Positions 50,862-61,608 are shown, counted from the stretch's first letter. The stretch is 64,000 nucleotides of DNA from Candidatus Latescibacterota bacterium (GCA_965248435.1 OZ252100.1:4928001-4992000); one strand, 5' to 3'. Notes: generated from the sequence alone by a model not told the origin. Program-made: numbers and translations.

Positions 50862-52109
50862 ATGAATCCTAACTTCGTGATCAGCCGGCAGCTCCAGGAT
50901 CGTAATCCATCAGGAAAAGGCTTCGTACAGGCTGCGGCCTCCCTTTGCCTGGTCGTCGGGATTTTGCTGTTCGGACCCTCTGCCGGGTTCAGCCAGGCTG
51001 AGTACGGTGCGGAGAAGCCGGTTTCGATTTTGATGGACTGTCGAAAGGGGATCGGACTCATCCCGAGCGTCTGGCGGGGTCTCTCGGTCCAGGACGGGAC
51101 GATTCCTGACGGGCTGGGCACGAAGGTCGCACGTCTCGGCCCGGAATGGACCGAGAAGGTGTGGGGGCCCGCCCTGCTCGGGGGCAAGGCAGACTGGGTG
51201 CTGCTAGACGCGACGCTCAACGCACTGAAGGCCAAGGGATTAGAGCTGATCCTGTCGATGCCGATGCCCTCAGGCAAACAGGAGGCAGAGGCCTGGTCGG
51301 AGCTTGTTTTTGAAACCGCACGCCGCGGCGCAGGCCGGGTCTGGGCGTTCGAGGTCGGCGTGGGTCAGTCGGCGAGTCCGTTGGAGCAGTTGATGCCGCT
51401 GTTCGAGTCCGGGGTGTGGGCGATCTACCGTGCCGAACCGGAAGCGAGGATCGGCGGGATGGGTTTCAGATGGGGTGACGAGAGGGCGGGGGAGTTCATC
51501 TCGCGATGCAGGAAGCTGGACCTGCCGTTGAGGTTCGTTACCTGGCAGTTGGACGCCGCCCTGCCCGAAGATCTGGAACGGTCCGTGCGTGCGATCCAGG
51601 GAGAGATCGACCGGCAGGGATTCAGAGAAAAACCGGGCATGTTGATCAGCAAGTGGCGGCAGAATCCGACCTCCAAGATCAATCCGGTCGTGTTGACCGT
51701 GTCGTCGGTGGTGCGCGCACTCGGAACTGACCTCGAAGTCGTCTGCTTCGACGCAGTTGATGGGGGTCAACGAGATGCGCTGCAGGCGTTCGAGAATCTG
51801 GGCGGCGTCAGGCTGCCCCTGCAAGTCGAGCCGATCGACGCGGGTGTGGAAGGGATCTCTACCCTGGAAGGGGAGGAGGTGCTTGCGGTTTTCTGGCACC
51901 GGCGTCCGATCGGAGAGTTGCCCATCTCCATAACCGTAACCGGACTTCCCTGGGGTCGACGGGTAAGGATTCAGAAGCGCAGGATCGGGAAGGACTACGA
52001 AGAGAATCTTCTGGAAGAGGCCTTTCAGGAGATGGAGGAACCGCTCGAGGTGAGGCTCTCCCTCCCCGCGGGCTGCCTGACCTTCGTCCGGCTCAGCGTG
52101 GAGCAGTAG
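50862..52109 (+). CDS. Putative secreted GH39-like protein (degenerate)
   Basis: Signal-like segment; ARIGG and PL.FV.W resemble the GH39 fold; catalytic motifs not evident. Confidence 0.5.
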   Translation: MNPNFVISRQLQDRNPSGKGFVQAAASLCLVVGILLFGPSAGFSQAEYGAEKPVSILMDCRKGIGLIPSVWRGLSVQDGTIPDGLGTKVARLGPEWTEKVWGPALLGGKADWVLLDATLNALKAKGLELILSMPMPSGKQEAEAWSELVFETARRGAGRVWAFEVGVGQSASPLEQLMPLFESGVWAIYRAEPEARIGGMGFRWGDERAGEFISRCRKLDLPLRFVTWQLDAALPEDLERSVRAIQGEIDRQGFREKPGMLISKWRQNPTSKINPVVLTVSSVVRALGTDLEVVCFDAVDGGQRDALQAFENLGGVRLPLQVEPIDAGVEGISTLEGEEVLAVFWHRRPIGELPISITVTGLPWGRRVRIQKRRIGKDYEENLLEEAFQEMEEPLEVRLSLPAGCLTFVRLSVEQ

Positions 52110-52133
52110 CCCAGGTTTCTGGGAGGCCGAAAT

Positions 52134-52958
52134 CTACGCCATCAGGCCTCGAAGGAATTCGGCCGACCGAACGGCGGCATCTTTCGGGGGTAGATTCCCT
52201 CCGAAGGCTTGGTGAAGGGTCACGTATCCGTCGTATCGTATGGCCTTGAGCCCTTCGAATACGCTCTGGAAGTCGACGCCTCCGGGTTCCTCCAGGGGAC
52301 GCGTGGTGGACATGGTTTTTCCTCCGACCCAGGTCTCGATCTCTCGATCCCCGTTCGGATCCGGTACATGGTTCTGGAGGTAGACGTTGACTAGGTAGGG
52401 CTCGAAGGCCTTCAGCGCTGCGGGTCCATAATCTTCCAGGCAGAGTGCCAGGTTTGCCGGCTCGTAGATGATTCCGAAGTTGGACCTTCCCACCTTCGCC
52501 AGCACCTCAAGCGAGCCCTGAACGGTTTCGAACAGGCTGCGCGTGTGGCTCTGATGCGCAAGTCGGATGCCTCTCTCCCGCGCTTCATCCGACGCCTTTT
52601 GCGCAAAACCGATGTCCGCCTCTTCTTTCATACATATTCGAATCAGATCGCTTCGGAGCGTCTTCGCCAGGTCGAGGTGAGGGGTAATGTTCCGGAGACA
52701 GCCCGGACCCGCTTCCCGATTCTCCGGCACCGCGAAGTCTCCGGTGACCATCGAGACTTCCAGACCCAGGCGATCAAACTCCTTCCGCACTTCCACCGCC
52801 TTCTCCTCCGGGTCCTCTACTCCGACGAACGCGGCGCGCATACAGATCGCCTGATATCCAGCATCCCTGGCGATCCGGGCCAGCTCGGGCAGCTGGATGT
52901 CGACATCCCGCTTGTTGGAAAAGCTTTCTGCAACGCGCGCTGATAGTGAGAGTTTCAC
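52134..52958 (-). CDS. Sugar-phosphate isomerase/epimerase TIM-barrel protein
   Basis: YEPAN, G.VDF and YDGYVT motifs. Confidence 0.8.
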   Translation of the reverse strand: MKLSLSARVAESFSNKRDVDIQLPELARIARDAGYQAICMRAAFVGVEDPEEKAVEVRKEFDRLGLEVSMVTGDFAVPENREAGPGCLRNITPHLDLAKTLRSDLIRICMKEEADIGFAQKASDEARERGIRLAHQSHTRSLFETVQGSLEVLAKVGRSNFGIIYEPANLALCLEDYGPAALKAFEPYLVNVYLQNHVPDPNGDREIETWVGGKTMSTTRPLEEPGGVDFQSVFEGLKAIRYDGYVTLHQAFGGNLPPKDAAVRSAEFLRGLMA

Positions 52959-53257
52959 GGGAAGGCCTCCCTGGGTCGCCGTTTGGGTGGAGATTGCGTA
53001 ACTGTCGATGTCTTAGCAAGTTAATTCGGTTCTAGAACGATTGTCAATCGAAAGAACAGGATCCGGGTCAGTTAGGGACGGTCAACCCACCCTGGCGGGG
53101 AGCCCGCTCCGAATTTTCGAAGAATCCGGGTTAACTTACTGTAGAATATTAAAATAGGGCTCAAATTTCCACCGGAACTGGACATTGGGTTTGCCGGATG
53201 CCCAAATTTTTAATATATTATGTCTTACCATTTCGAGGAAGAAGGGACGTCGCGCCA

Positions 53258-53938
53258 ATGACTGAGATGACAGTTCACGGTTTGAGAACGGATCCGAAGA
53301 CCAAGCAGCAGATGGTCTGGCTGCGCAGCATCGAGAATAACGTGATGCTTCCGATCGTGATCGGGAGCACCGAGGCGATGTCGATCTACGCGGAGCTCAC
53401 GGGGGAAAAAACCCCGCGTCCGCTCACGCACGATCTGCTGAGGACGATCCTGGACCATTTCGATGCAGAGGTCGAGGAGGTTCAGATCGTCGATCTGAAG
53501 GACGGGATCTTCTTCGCCGAGCTGGTCGTCACCCGATCGGGGAAACAGATGCGGCTGGATGCGCGACCGAGCGACGGTATCGCCCTCGCCCTGAAATACA
53601 AGGCCCCCGTCTACATGTCCGAAGAGATTTTGAAGGAGGCCGGCTACAAGGTCAAGATCGAGCTGGAAGGGGCGATTACGCTCGAGCAGTTGAACCGCAC
53701 CGATGATGAGGAAGCGACCGAGCTGAAGCCCACGGACATGGATATGGCACTCGCTGTGGAGGATCTGCTCGAGGAGGTCGGGGATGAAGAGATCTTCTTT
53801 GAGGAGGTGGATACCGTCGAGGGTCAGATCGGCCAACTTCAGAGGAAGATGGACGAGGCGATAAAGGAGGAGCAGTATGAGGAGGCCAGCCGCCTCCGGG
53901 ACAAGATCGCCAAGCTGAAAGGTGAGACCAAAGACTAG
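53258..53938 (+). CDS. Bifunctional nuclease (DUF151) with C-terminal UVR domain
   Basis: LPI.IG..EA, RPLTHDL, DARPSD and EQYEEA..LRD motifs. Confidence 0.92.
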   Translation: MTEMTVHGLRTDPKTKQQMVWLRSIENNVMLPIVIGSTEAMSIYAELTGEKTPRPLTHDLLRTILDHFDAEVEEVQIVDLKDGIFFAELVVTRSGKQMRLDARPSDGIALALKYKAPVYMSEEILKEAGYKVKIELEGAITLEQLNRTDDEEATELKPTDMDMALAVEDLLEEVGDEEIFFEEVDTVEGQIGQLQRKMDEAIKEEQYEEASRLRDKIAKLKGETKD

Positions 53939-53966
53939 AATACACGGCAGATGATTCTATGGTAAC

Positions 53967-54008
53967 AGACGAGGTGATTTATCCCTCGTCTTTTTTTTGT
54001 GTTTTTTT
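53967..54008 (+). terminator. Rho-independent terminator
   Basis: AGACGAGG..CCTCGTCT followed by a T-run. Confidence 0.7.
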
Positions 54009-54054
54009 CGGGGATTGGAAATCACCGGAGGTGACTATCGAACAGTGATAAACA

Positions 54055-54535
54055 ATTCCCCTCCTGGTCGGGGTGGGTCACAATCGAGTTTCTGCTCATC
54101 AGACCCACCGCTAGATTGCCTCCACAAAGGGCGCTTAGTATTCGCACCAGAAGCTCTCCGGGGTGCCCCGGAGGCTTGCCCCTGCGTGATTTAAGCAGGG
54201 GGAAGGGTGGGTTTACGAACGACGATCCACGAACGACGGGCCTTAGCCTCCGGCGGCCAACTTTTCTTGCTCGCCCAAGAAAAGGCCTACCGCAAGCGCC
54301 ACCCTTGGGCACAGCGCGGCTGTGCCCCTACACTCCAAGATTTCCCCGTAGGGGCGCGGCGTGCCGCGCCCGAGGACAAAAGAAGGGCTCCCCTCAGGCG
54401 CCGGGGGGGCTGACTTTTCCACGAACCGTCCCAGTGGCCCTAGAGATGTTTGTGTCCTTGGGTCTTTTGTGTTGTCCACAAACGGGAGTGCTTGACGGAT
54501 AAGCGCGGAAAAGTCCCACCCCACACCCCAAACCG
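54055..54535 (+). repeat. Composite repeat locus R11 (REP doublet + module D)
   Basis: Head at 54246. Confidence 0.9.
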
Positions 54536-54698
54536 GCCAGGAAGACCTAACCCCCCCAACCCCCCTTCCCTAAAGGGAAGGGGGGAGAGGTCAGGATCAT
54601 CGTGAATTCGAGGAGGAAGTTGATTTCGCGAGAGTGGATGGCTCTAACCTTCCCTCCCCCTTCAGGGGAGGGACCGAGGGAGGGGTCCAATCGCCGTT

Positions 54699-55391
54699 TC
54701 ACGAGATGCGAGATACGTTCTTTTCGATGCGGACAGCGGTGAATGCCATGAGTGCGAAGCCCAGAAGGAAGAGAGGCCATCCGAAGGACTGAGGGACGAA
54801 GGTGAAGACGGCCTGGAGACCGCCTCCGATGATGATCGAGAGGATGTCCTCCGTAAAGCTGTAAATAACGGCGAGCGCCCCGGCCGTCGCGAGTGTCCAG
54901 TCCCGGGAATCGATCCGAATCGTCGCGCCTCTGTCCAGGAGCTGCATGGCGCGGAGAGATCCGAGGATCAGCAGCAAGGATATAAGCACCGGGGCAAGGA
55001 CAGGCCCGATCCAGACGACCGGAATGAGGAAGAGGACGTCCCAGGTCAAGAGCGATTCGGGCCAATTCAAGAAGAGCTTGAGCCAGATGTAATACCAGAT
55101 GTCCCACGCGCCGAACAGGAAGGCGAAGCAAGCGAACCGGCCCCAGCCGGGCGCCCCCGCCACCCAGGCTACGGCCCCGAGCATGAGCAGGGTCGCAAGC
55201 TCACGGCCCACCTCCACGATGAAGATCCACGGCTCCGCCTCCTTCAGGGGAAAGTCGAACCCTCCCGGATAGAAGGCCTCGCGAAGATAGACGACCACGG
55301 CGGATTCCAGGTAGGCCATCGTGATCGCGAAGATGACTAAAGGCACAAGCATCCCCAGATGGCGGCCCCTTTTTTCCGAGTCTGGTATCAC
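54699..55391 (-). CDS. Conserved membrane protein
   Basis: MAYLESAVVVYLR, E.ATL.ML and WDI.YY motifs; several TM segments. Confidence 0.75.
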   Translation of the reverse strand: MIPDSEKRGRHLGMLVPLVIFAITMAYLESAVVVYLREAFYPGGFDFPLKEAEPWIFIVEVGRELATLLMLGAVAWVAGAPGWGRFACFAFLFGAWDIWYYIWLKLFLNWPESLLTWDVLFLIPVVWIGPVLAPVLISLLLILGSLRAMQLLDRGATIRIDSRDWTLATAGALAVIYSFTEDILSIIIGGGLQAVFTFVPQSFGWPLFLLGFALMAFTAVRIEKNVSRIS

Positions 55392-55448
55392 TTCGATTTC
55401 CCTTCTTCAGCGCGCGTCATACCTGGCTCTTTACCTTTCTCGCCCCAC

Positions 55449-55962
55449 CCCTGGGTCGGGGTGGGTAATATCGTGAACTTCACAACAGCATGCCTCCGGC
55501 GTCCCGCCCGTCGGCTCGCTGTCTTCGATCACGAACTCGCCGTGGATAATCACGAAGTCGATGCCGACGGGCTTCTGAACGTTGCTACCGGTACCCTACT
55601 TTTCTTGTCTCGCCACAAGAAAAGGCCTACCGCAACCGCCACCCTGGGGCACAGCGCGGCTGTGCCCCTACACTCCAAGATTTCGCTGTAGGGGCGCGGC
55701 GTGCCGCGCCCGAGGACAAAAGAAAGGCGCCCCTCAAACGCCGGGGAGGCTTCGGCCGCGGCACCTCACCCTCAGTGGCATAAACAGTCCACGGCAGGAA
55801 GGCCAAATCCTCACCACGCGCTCGCGATCACTGAGGAACCAACCCGCTGGGAGGCGAAATGGGCTGGTTGCATCGGAGTCGCACACCGCGGCCCTGATGG
55901 TTTCAAGCGATCTCTTTCGTGAGTTTGAGAGACGCCAGTCCCCTCCTGGGTCGGGGTGGGTT
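55449..55962 (+). repeat. Composite repeat locus R12 (deacylase fragment, REP doublet, scaffold Y)
   Basis: Near-copy of 33770-34220. Confidence 0.9.
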
Positions 55963-56146
55963 GTATCACGTGGTTCACACGTGCGGGCCGCATCAAACTA
56001 TGTTGGCCTGACGGGCGTGTCAAGGCGGTGATCCGGGCCGTTTCGGGCAAGGACAATCCGGTTGCGGTCACGCGTCTCAGGTGTTATCATGCCTAGCGAG
56101 AAAATCCCCAGTCCACCCGTAGTTATCGTAGATAAGGAGGAGCATC

Positions 56147-56581
56147 ATGGCCGGTACTATTCCTTTAATCAGCTCAGAAGTTTCTGGGCCGCTGGGAGCT
56201 ATCCACCTTCCCAGGTTGTGGTTGAAGCTGACCCTGAGCGCGAAGGGGCAGCTGGCAGAGGGCTACGCGGAATGCGGCGCCGGGTTCGACCAGATGGTCC
56301 TGGACGGCTTGAGCATCAACCGGGACGCAGCCGTCAATCAGGTGAAGAGCAGTACACCCACTTATGCAGAATTCGAAAATTGGGTGCTGGAGCAGCGGGG
56401 CGGCAGCATTCCGCAGAGCGAAATCGACAGCTCGAATGCGGCCATAAGAGGTTACAACCACGATGACGCCACGCGAGGCGAAATCCTGTCCGCGGCCGGG
56501 ATTTCCGACGACGGGTCGATCAAGGACGCGGTCAATCTGAACAACATCGAGGACTGGACCGACTTCCACAGTAGTCTGTAG
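56147..56581 (+). CDS. DUF5069-like protein
   Basis: G..HLPRLW.K and Y....G.D motifs; AAGGAGG RBS. Confidence 0.7.
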   Translation: MAGTIPLISSEVSGPLGAIHLPRLWLKLTLSAKGQLAEGYAECGAGFDQMVLDGLSINRDAAVNQVKSSTPTYAEFENWVLEQRGGSIPQSEIDSSNAAIRGYNHDDATRGEILSAAGISDDGSIKDAVNLNNIEDWTDFHSSL

Positions 56582-56682
56582 GTGGAGTGAAAAGCGTTCG
56601 GCGACCCCGGATCGACCGTGATCTCGGGTTGTCGGGCGCTTCTCATTTATTCGTGGCGTGGTGGTTTGAATCAGGAGAGGTT

Positions 56683-57573
56683 ATGGCAAATTCAGATTTC
56701 AAGATCGGGGTCGTCGGCGTGGGTCGTATGGGATCCAACATCGCCCGCCACCTGAAGGATGAGGGGTTCCCGGTTACGGGCGTCTTCGACGCACAGAAGG
56801 ACCTGGCGCAGGAGCTGGCGGGGGAGCTTCAGACCGAAGCGTATGAGACCCTGGCAGGCGTCACGAACGCTGCGGACACGATCATCACGGTCGTCACGGA
56901 CGACGACTCGATGCGGACGATCTTCACCGAGCAGGGAGACAGCCTCCTCGAGGGGGCGCAGGGAAAGGTGTTCCTCAACTGCGCCACGATTTCACCGCAG
57001 GTGCACGTGGACGTCGAGGCGCTCGCCGAGAAGGCGGGCGCGAGCAGCCTGGAGGGCTGTATGGCGAGCAGCATCACGCAGGCGAGGGAAGGGACGCTCT
57101 ACCTGATGTGCGGGGGAAAGAAGGAGGTGTTCGATCGGGTGAGGCCGATCCTGGACGCGATGAGCACCGATCTTCGTTATGTAGGGGAATCCGGAAAGGC
57201 GGCGCAGGTCAAGGCGCTCGTGAATATGGTGATGAATATCAATACGGCCGGTCTTGCCGAGGGATTGGGCCTGGGTGCCGCACTCGGTCTGGACCTGAAG
57301 ATGCTGCAGGAGGTGTTTTCCCAGACCGGCGCGAATTCCCGTGTGCTGGAGACGGATGGGGAGGACATGGAGAACCGGGATCACGAGTGTTATTTCTCGT
57401 CCGCGCACGCGTCGAAGGATTCGGGCATCGCGCTTGGGCTCGCAAAGGCACAGGGGTTGAACCTTCCCCTGGCGGAGGCGACGAAGCGTCAGTTCGACCG
57501 GATGATCGAAATCGGCAAAGGTGAGCTGGACAAATCGGGCGTTGCGGAGCTTACGTTTCCCGGCAGGGGGTAG
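56683..57573 (+). CDS. 3-hydroxyisobutyrate dehydrogenase-family oxidoreductase
   Basis: GVVGVGRMG, G.L..MCGG and VKALVN motifs. Confidence 0.88.
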   Translation: MANSDFKIGVVGVGRMGSNIARHLKDEGFPVTGVFDAQKDLAQELAGELQTEAYETLAGVTNAADTIITVVTDDDSMRTIFTEQGDSLLEGAQGKVFLNCATISPQVHVDVEALAEKAGASSLEGCMASSITQAREGTLYLMCGGKKEVFDRVRPILDAMSTDLRYVGESGKAAQVKALVNMVMNINTAGLAEGLGLGAALGLDLKMLQEVFSQTGANSRVLETDGEDMENRDHECYFSSAHASKDSGIALGLAKAQGLNLPLAEATKRQFDRMIEIGKGELDKSGVAELTFPGRG

Positions 57574-57594
57574 GTCCGCATCATCGATCTCACG

Positions 57595-57638
57595 GGAGGC
57601 CTCACGGCGCGGAATGCGATGCGTGAGGCCTCTTTTTT
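57595..57638 (+). terminator. Rho-independent terminator
   Basis: GAGGCCTCACG..CGTGAGGCCTC followed by T6. Confidence 0.8.
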
Positions 57639-57838
57639 GGTGTAGGAATACGGACTGTGCATTTGGGATTGCGGGGCACGGGCCCTCACCCTGCCTCGCT
57701 CCGCTCGGCATCCCTCTCCCATAAATAGGAGAGGGAAAAAACGAGTTGTTTGTCTTTCTCCCCTCTCCCACGTGTGGGTGAGAGTACATACTGATGAAAC
57801 AGTTATGCGAGCACTGAAACGAGGGAGCGGGGCCGGGG

Positions 57839-58087
57839 GTGAGGGCCTTGAAGCAGCCATCTCCTGACGACTTCGCAGAAGATCAAGAGCGCGCCGAGAC
57901 GATTCGTGCGATCGTGGACGATGTGGCCCGGCGGATCCAGAACGGCACGCTGACGGAGGTCGAGGCCCGCGCGTTGGCCGCAAATGTTCGATTCCAGATG
58001 ACTCAGATGATTCCGGATCAGATGGATACGTACGATCTGATCTACGGCGCGAGGTTCGACCGGTTGATCGAGCAATTTATTCGGTGA
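57839..58087 (+). CDS. Small hypothetical protein
   Basis: 82-aa ORF with a P....YDLIY..RF.RL..QF pattern; overlaps the next ORF. Confidence 0.6.
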   Translation: MRALKQPSPDDFAEDQERAETIRAIVDDVARRIQNGTLTEVEARALAANVRFQMTQMIPDQMDTYDLIYGARFDRLIEQFIR

Positions 58088-61000
58088 ATGTTGTAGGTCA
58101 TTTAATGAGAGACATCTCAAACACAACCTACGCGATTTGCCTTGCGGGCGTGTTGTCGATTTCGCTAGGGGAATCGCGGGCGTTCGGCGAACAGGGCGAG
58201 ATCACGACCTTCTTCGGCGGGGGTGTGGGAGACGGCGGCGCACCCACGACCGCGAGTCTGATCGACCCGAGAGGTGTGTTCGCTGATTCGTTGGGGAACG
58301 TCTACATCGCGGATACGGGTCATCACCGGATCCGGAAGGTGGACGGAACGGGGATCATATCCACGGTCGCGGGGAGCGGGATCGAGGGGCTCTCGGGGGA
58401 CGGAGGACCGGCAGTCGCCGCCTCGCTGGCTGCACCCGTCGCGGTCGTGTCCGACGATTCGGGAAATCTCTACATCGCCGACACCGAGAATCACCGGATT
58501 CGAAAGGTGAGCGCGTCGGGGATCATCTCGACGTTTGCCGGCGGCGGCACCGAGCTGGGTGACGGGGGCCCGGCCACTGACGCGCTCCTGGACAGCCCTG
58601 CGGGTCTGTTCCTAAGGGGGCGGGATACGCTCTACATCGCGGACACCGGACAGCATCGCATCCGTATGGTCGATTCGACGGGTGTGATCACGACGCTCGC
58701 CGGAGACGGCGTCGCCTCCTTCCTGGGGGATGACGGTCCTTCGACAGCGGCCAGGTTGAACACGCCGGCGGGGCTGTTCGGTGATGCCGACGGAAATCTA
58801 TACATCGCGGATCGGGGCAACAGCCGGATCCGGAAGATCGATGCCGCGGGGACGATCCAGACGGTGGCGGGCAGCGGCGTGCCGAGTTTCACGGGGGACG
58901 ACGGACCGGCAACGGACGCCCGCTTGAACAACCCGGAGGCGGTCTTCGTCGACAGCTCCGGAACTCTCTTCTTTTCGGATCGCATCAATCACCGGATCCG
59001 GCGGGTGGACGTCTCGGGCACGATCACGACGGTGGCAGGCACGGGGACGCGGGCATTCGCGGGCGACGAGGGATTTGCCGTAGAAGCGGCGCTGGACAAC
59101 CCGAGGGGTCTCTTCGTCGACGCGGAGGGCGTTCTTCTGATCGCCGATTCGGACAACAACCGGATCCGCCGCGTGGACGCCGACGGTATCGTGACGACCT
59201 CCGCCGGGAGCGGGCCGACCCGGTTGACCGAGGCGCCCTTTCTGGGGGACGGCCTGCTGGCCGCGAACGCGGACCTGAACCGTCCGTTCGGCCTCTATCT
59301 GGACGGCGGGGGCAGCCTGTTCGTCGCCGATACCGACAACCAGCGGGTCCGGAAGGTGGACGGCGCCACAGGAATCGCATCCACGATCGCCGGAAACGGG
59401 GAGGCCGGCTACGAGGGAGACAGCCTGGCGGCCGTCGCGACGAGCTTGAACGCGCCAGGGGCTGTGATCTCCGATGCGGACGGAAACGTCTTCGTCGTCG
59501 ACACAGACAATCACAGAATCCGAAAGGTGGACGCGTCGGGGATCATCACGACCGTGGCCGGGACGGGAGGCGCCGGGTTTTCGGGAGATTCGGAACGGGC
59601 CACGATCGCGCGGCTGAATTCACCCGAGCACATCTTTCTGGACACATCAGGTAACCTCTACATCGCCGACACGGGAAACAACCGGGTCCGGAAGATCGAC
59701 ACAAAGACCGGCGTGATTTCGACCCTGGCCGGAAGCGGGGGGATCGGCGCGGTCGCCGCGGGATTCTCGGGGGACGACGGGCCGGCGACGGATGCGCGTC
59801 TGAACGCCCCGTCCGGTCTGTTCGTGGACGGGTTCGGAAATGTCTACATCGCTGACGAGGGGAACGCGCGTGTCCGAAAGATCGATCCGTTCGGGACGAT
59901 CACCTCGATCGTCGGAGCCGGCGGGGGGTTCGACGGGGACGGTGAGCCGGCGACGGACGCGCGGCTGAACGGGCTCAGGTCGATCTTCCTGGACGCCGCC
60001 GGCAGCCTGTTCATCGCGGACCAGGGGAACGACCGGGTTCGAAAGGTGGATGCGTCGGGCATCATCACGACCGTCGCGGGGACGGGGAGCGCGGGATTGT
60101 CAGGGGATGGAGGTCCGGCGACGGAGGCGAGCCTGGACGGTCCATCGGCTGTGTTCGTGGATACGGATGGTGATCTCTACATCGTGGATCGAGAGAACTC
60201 CAGGGTCCGCGTCGTGGAGGGCATCGCCGCAGCGACGCATCTCGAGGTCGGCACGTTCACGTTTCCGACGGAGGGCGTCCCGCCCAGGCTCGAGGGCTCG
60301 TGGCCCAGGAACGGGGCGATCAACATCGATCCACGCGCCCTGGAACGGGACGGGATCACCGCGATCTTCGACAAGCCGATCGACATGGACGCGATCCTGG
60401 CGATCGTCACGGGGAGCTTGGGAAACTGGACGCCGAGCTGGAAGGAGAGCGAGACGCGGCTTCGGCTGAGGCCGACGGGTGACGTGAGTTTCGGTACGGA
60501 GTATCGCGTGAACCTCTTCCAGGTCGCCGACCAGGAGGGAAATGCCGCGGAAGACATCGTGATTCTGTTCACGACCCAGGCGTCGCAGGAGGTTCCCGAG
60601 GGGAACATCGCGACGGCGGCGGGCGACGGGACGCCCGGGTTTGCCGGTGAGGATGAGCCGGCGTCCGAGGCGCGTCTGTTTTCGCCCTCCGATGTGTTCG
60701 TGGACGATGAGGGCAACCTGTTTATCGCCGATCGCGACAACCACCGGGTGAGGAAGGTGGATACGGAAGGAAATATCACGACGATTGCGGGGAACGGTCT
60801 GCGCGGTTTTTCAGGCGAGGGCGGGTCGGCGAACGCGGCCTCACTCGACAGCCCGACCGGGGTCTTCGTGGACGCGGACGGCAACGTCTACATCGTCGAC
60901 CGGGACAACGGCCGGATCAGGAAGGTGAGTCCTGACGGCACGATCCAGACGGTCGCCGGGAACGGGACCCGCGGGTTTTCGGGGGACGGTGCGTCGGCGA

Positions 61001-61608
61001 CCGACGCGAGTCTGGACGGACCTGCCGGGATCTTCGTGGACGCGGCGGGGAACATCTACATCGTGGACCGCCGCAACAAGCGGATTCGAAAGGTGGATGC
61101 GGAGACCGGGTCGATCTCGACCGTGGCAGGCAACGGTTTCGGCGGGTTTACGGATGACGGCGGGTCGGCGACGGACGCGGGCCTGGACGACCCGACCGCG
61201 GTGACGGTTGACTCGGAGGGGAACCTTTACATTGTAGACGGCGGTCGGGTGCGGAAGGTGGATGGCGAGACGGGGCAGATCGATACCGTCGCGGGCGGTG
61301 CGGCAGCCGACGCTCCGCTGGGGGACGGGGGACCGGCCACGGAGGCGAGGCTGACGGCGCAGGATGTGTTCGTGGGCGATGACGGCAGTCTCTACATCGC
61401 AGATTCGGGGCGGATTCGGCACGTCGGTCCGGACGGGACGATCGAGACGGTCGCCGGGACCGGGGAGCTTCAGGGGCCGATCGGGGACGGGGGACCGGCG
61501 GTGGTCGCGAGCATGAGTTCCGCGGGGATCATCCTGGACAAGCTGGGGAACCTGTTTGTGGCCGATCAGGCGAATCACAGGGTTCGGAAGGTGGACTGGC
61601 CGAGTTGA
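58084..61608 (+). CDS. Secreted NHL-repeat (teneurin-like) protein with an Ig-like insert
   Basis: Many GDGGPA..A.L..P.G..VD..GNLYIAD..N.RIRKVD repeats; signal-like N-terminus (start may be 58105). Confidence 0.9.
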   Translation: MNVVGHLMRDISNTTYAICLAGVLSISLGESRAFGEQGEITTFFGGGVGDGGAPTTASLIDPRGVFADSLGNVYIADTGHHRIRKVDGTGIISTVAGSGIEGLSGDGGPAVAASLAAPVAVVSDDSGNLYIADTENHRIRKVSASGIISTFAGGGTELGDGGPATDALLDSPAGLFLRGRDTLYIADTGQHRIRMVDSTGVITTLAGDGVASFLGDDGPSTAARLNTPAGLFGDADGNLYIADRGNSRIRKIDAAGTIQTVAGSGVPSFTGDDGPATDARLNNPEAVFVDSSGTLFFSDRINHRIRRVDVSGTITTVAGTGTRAFAGDEGFAVEAALDNPRGLFVDAEGVLLIADSDNNRIRRVDADGIVTTSAGSGPTRLTEAPFLGDGLLAANADLNRPFGLYLDGGGSLFVADTDNQRVRKVDGATGIASTIAGNGEAGYEGDSLAAVATSLNAPGAVISDADGNVFVVDTDNHRIRKVDASGIITTVAGTGGAGFSGDSERATIARLNSPEHIFLDTSGNLYIADTGNNRVRKIDTKTGVISTLAGSGGIGAVAAGFSGDDGPATDARLNAPSGLFVDGFGNVYIADEGNARVRKIDPFGTITSIVGAGGGFDGDGEPATDARLNGLRSIFLDAAGSLFIADQGNDRVRKVDASGIITTVAGTGSAGLSGDGGPATEASLDGPSAVFVDTDGDLYIVDRENSRVRVVEGIAAATHLEVGTFTFPTEGVPPRLEGSWPRNGAINIDPRALERDGITAIFDKPIDMDAILAIVTGSLGNWTPSWKESETRLRLRPTGDVSFGTEYRVNLFQVADQEGNAAEDIVILFTTQASQEVPEGNIATAAGDGTPGFAGEDEPASEARLFSPSDVFVDDEGNLFIADRDNHRVRKVDTEGNITTIAGNGLRGFSGEGGSANAASLDSPTGVFVDADGNVYIVDRDNGRIRKVSPDGTIQTVAGNGTRGFSGDGASATDASLDGPAGIFVDAAGNIYIVDRRNKRIRKVDAETGSISTVAGNGFGGFTDDGGSATDAGLDDPTAVTVDSEGNLYIVDGGRVRKVDGETGQIDTVAGGAAADAPLGDGGPATEARLTAQDVFVGDDGSLYIADSGRIRHVGPDGTIETVAGTGELQGPIGDGGPAVVASMSSAGIILDKLGNLFVADQANHRVRKVDWPS

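Noticed and set aside
58200-61590. Nucleotide repeats within the NHL gene as a DNA-level element
   Set aside because: Explained by the protein repeats
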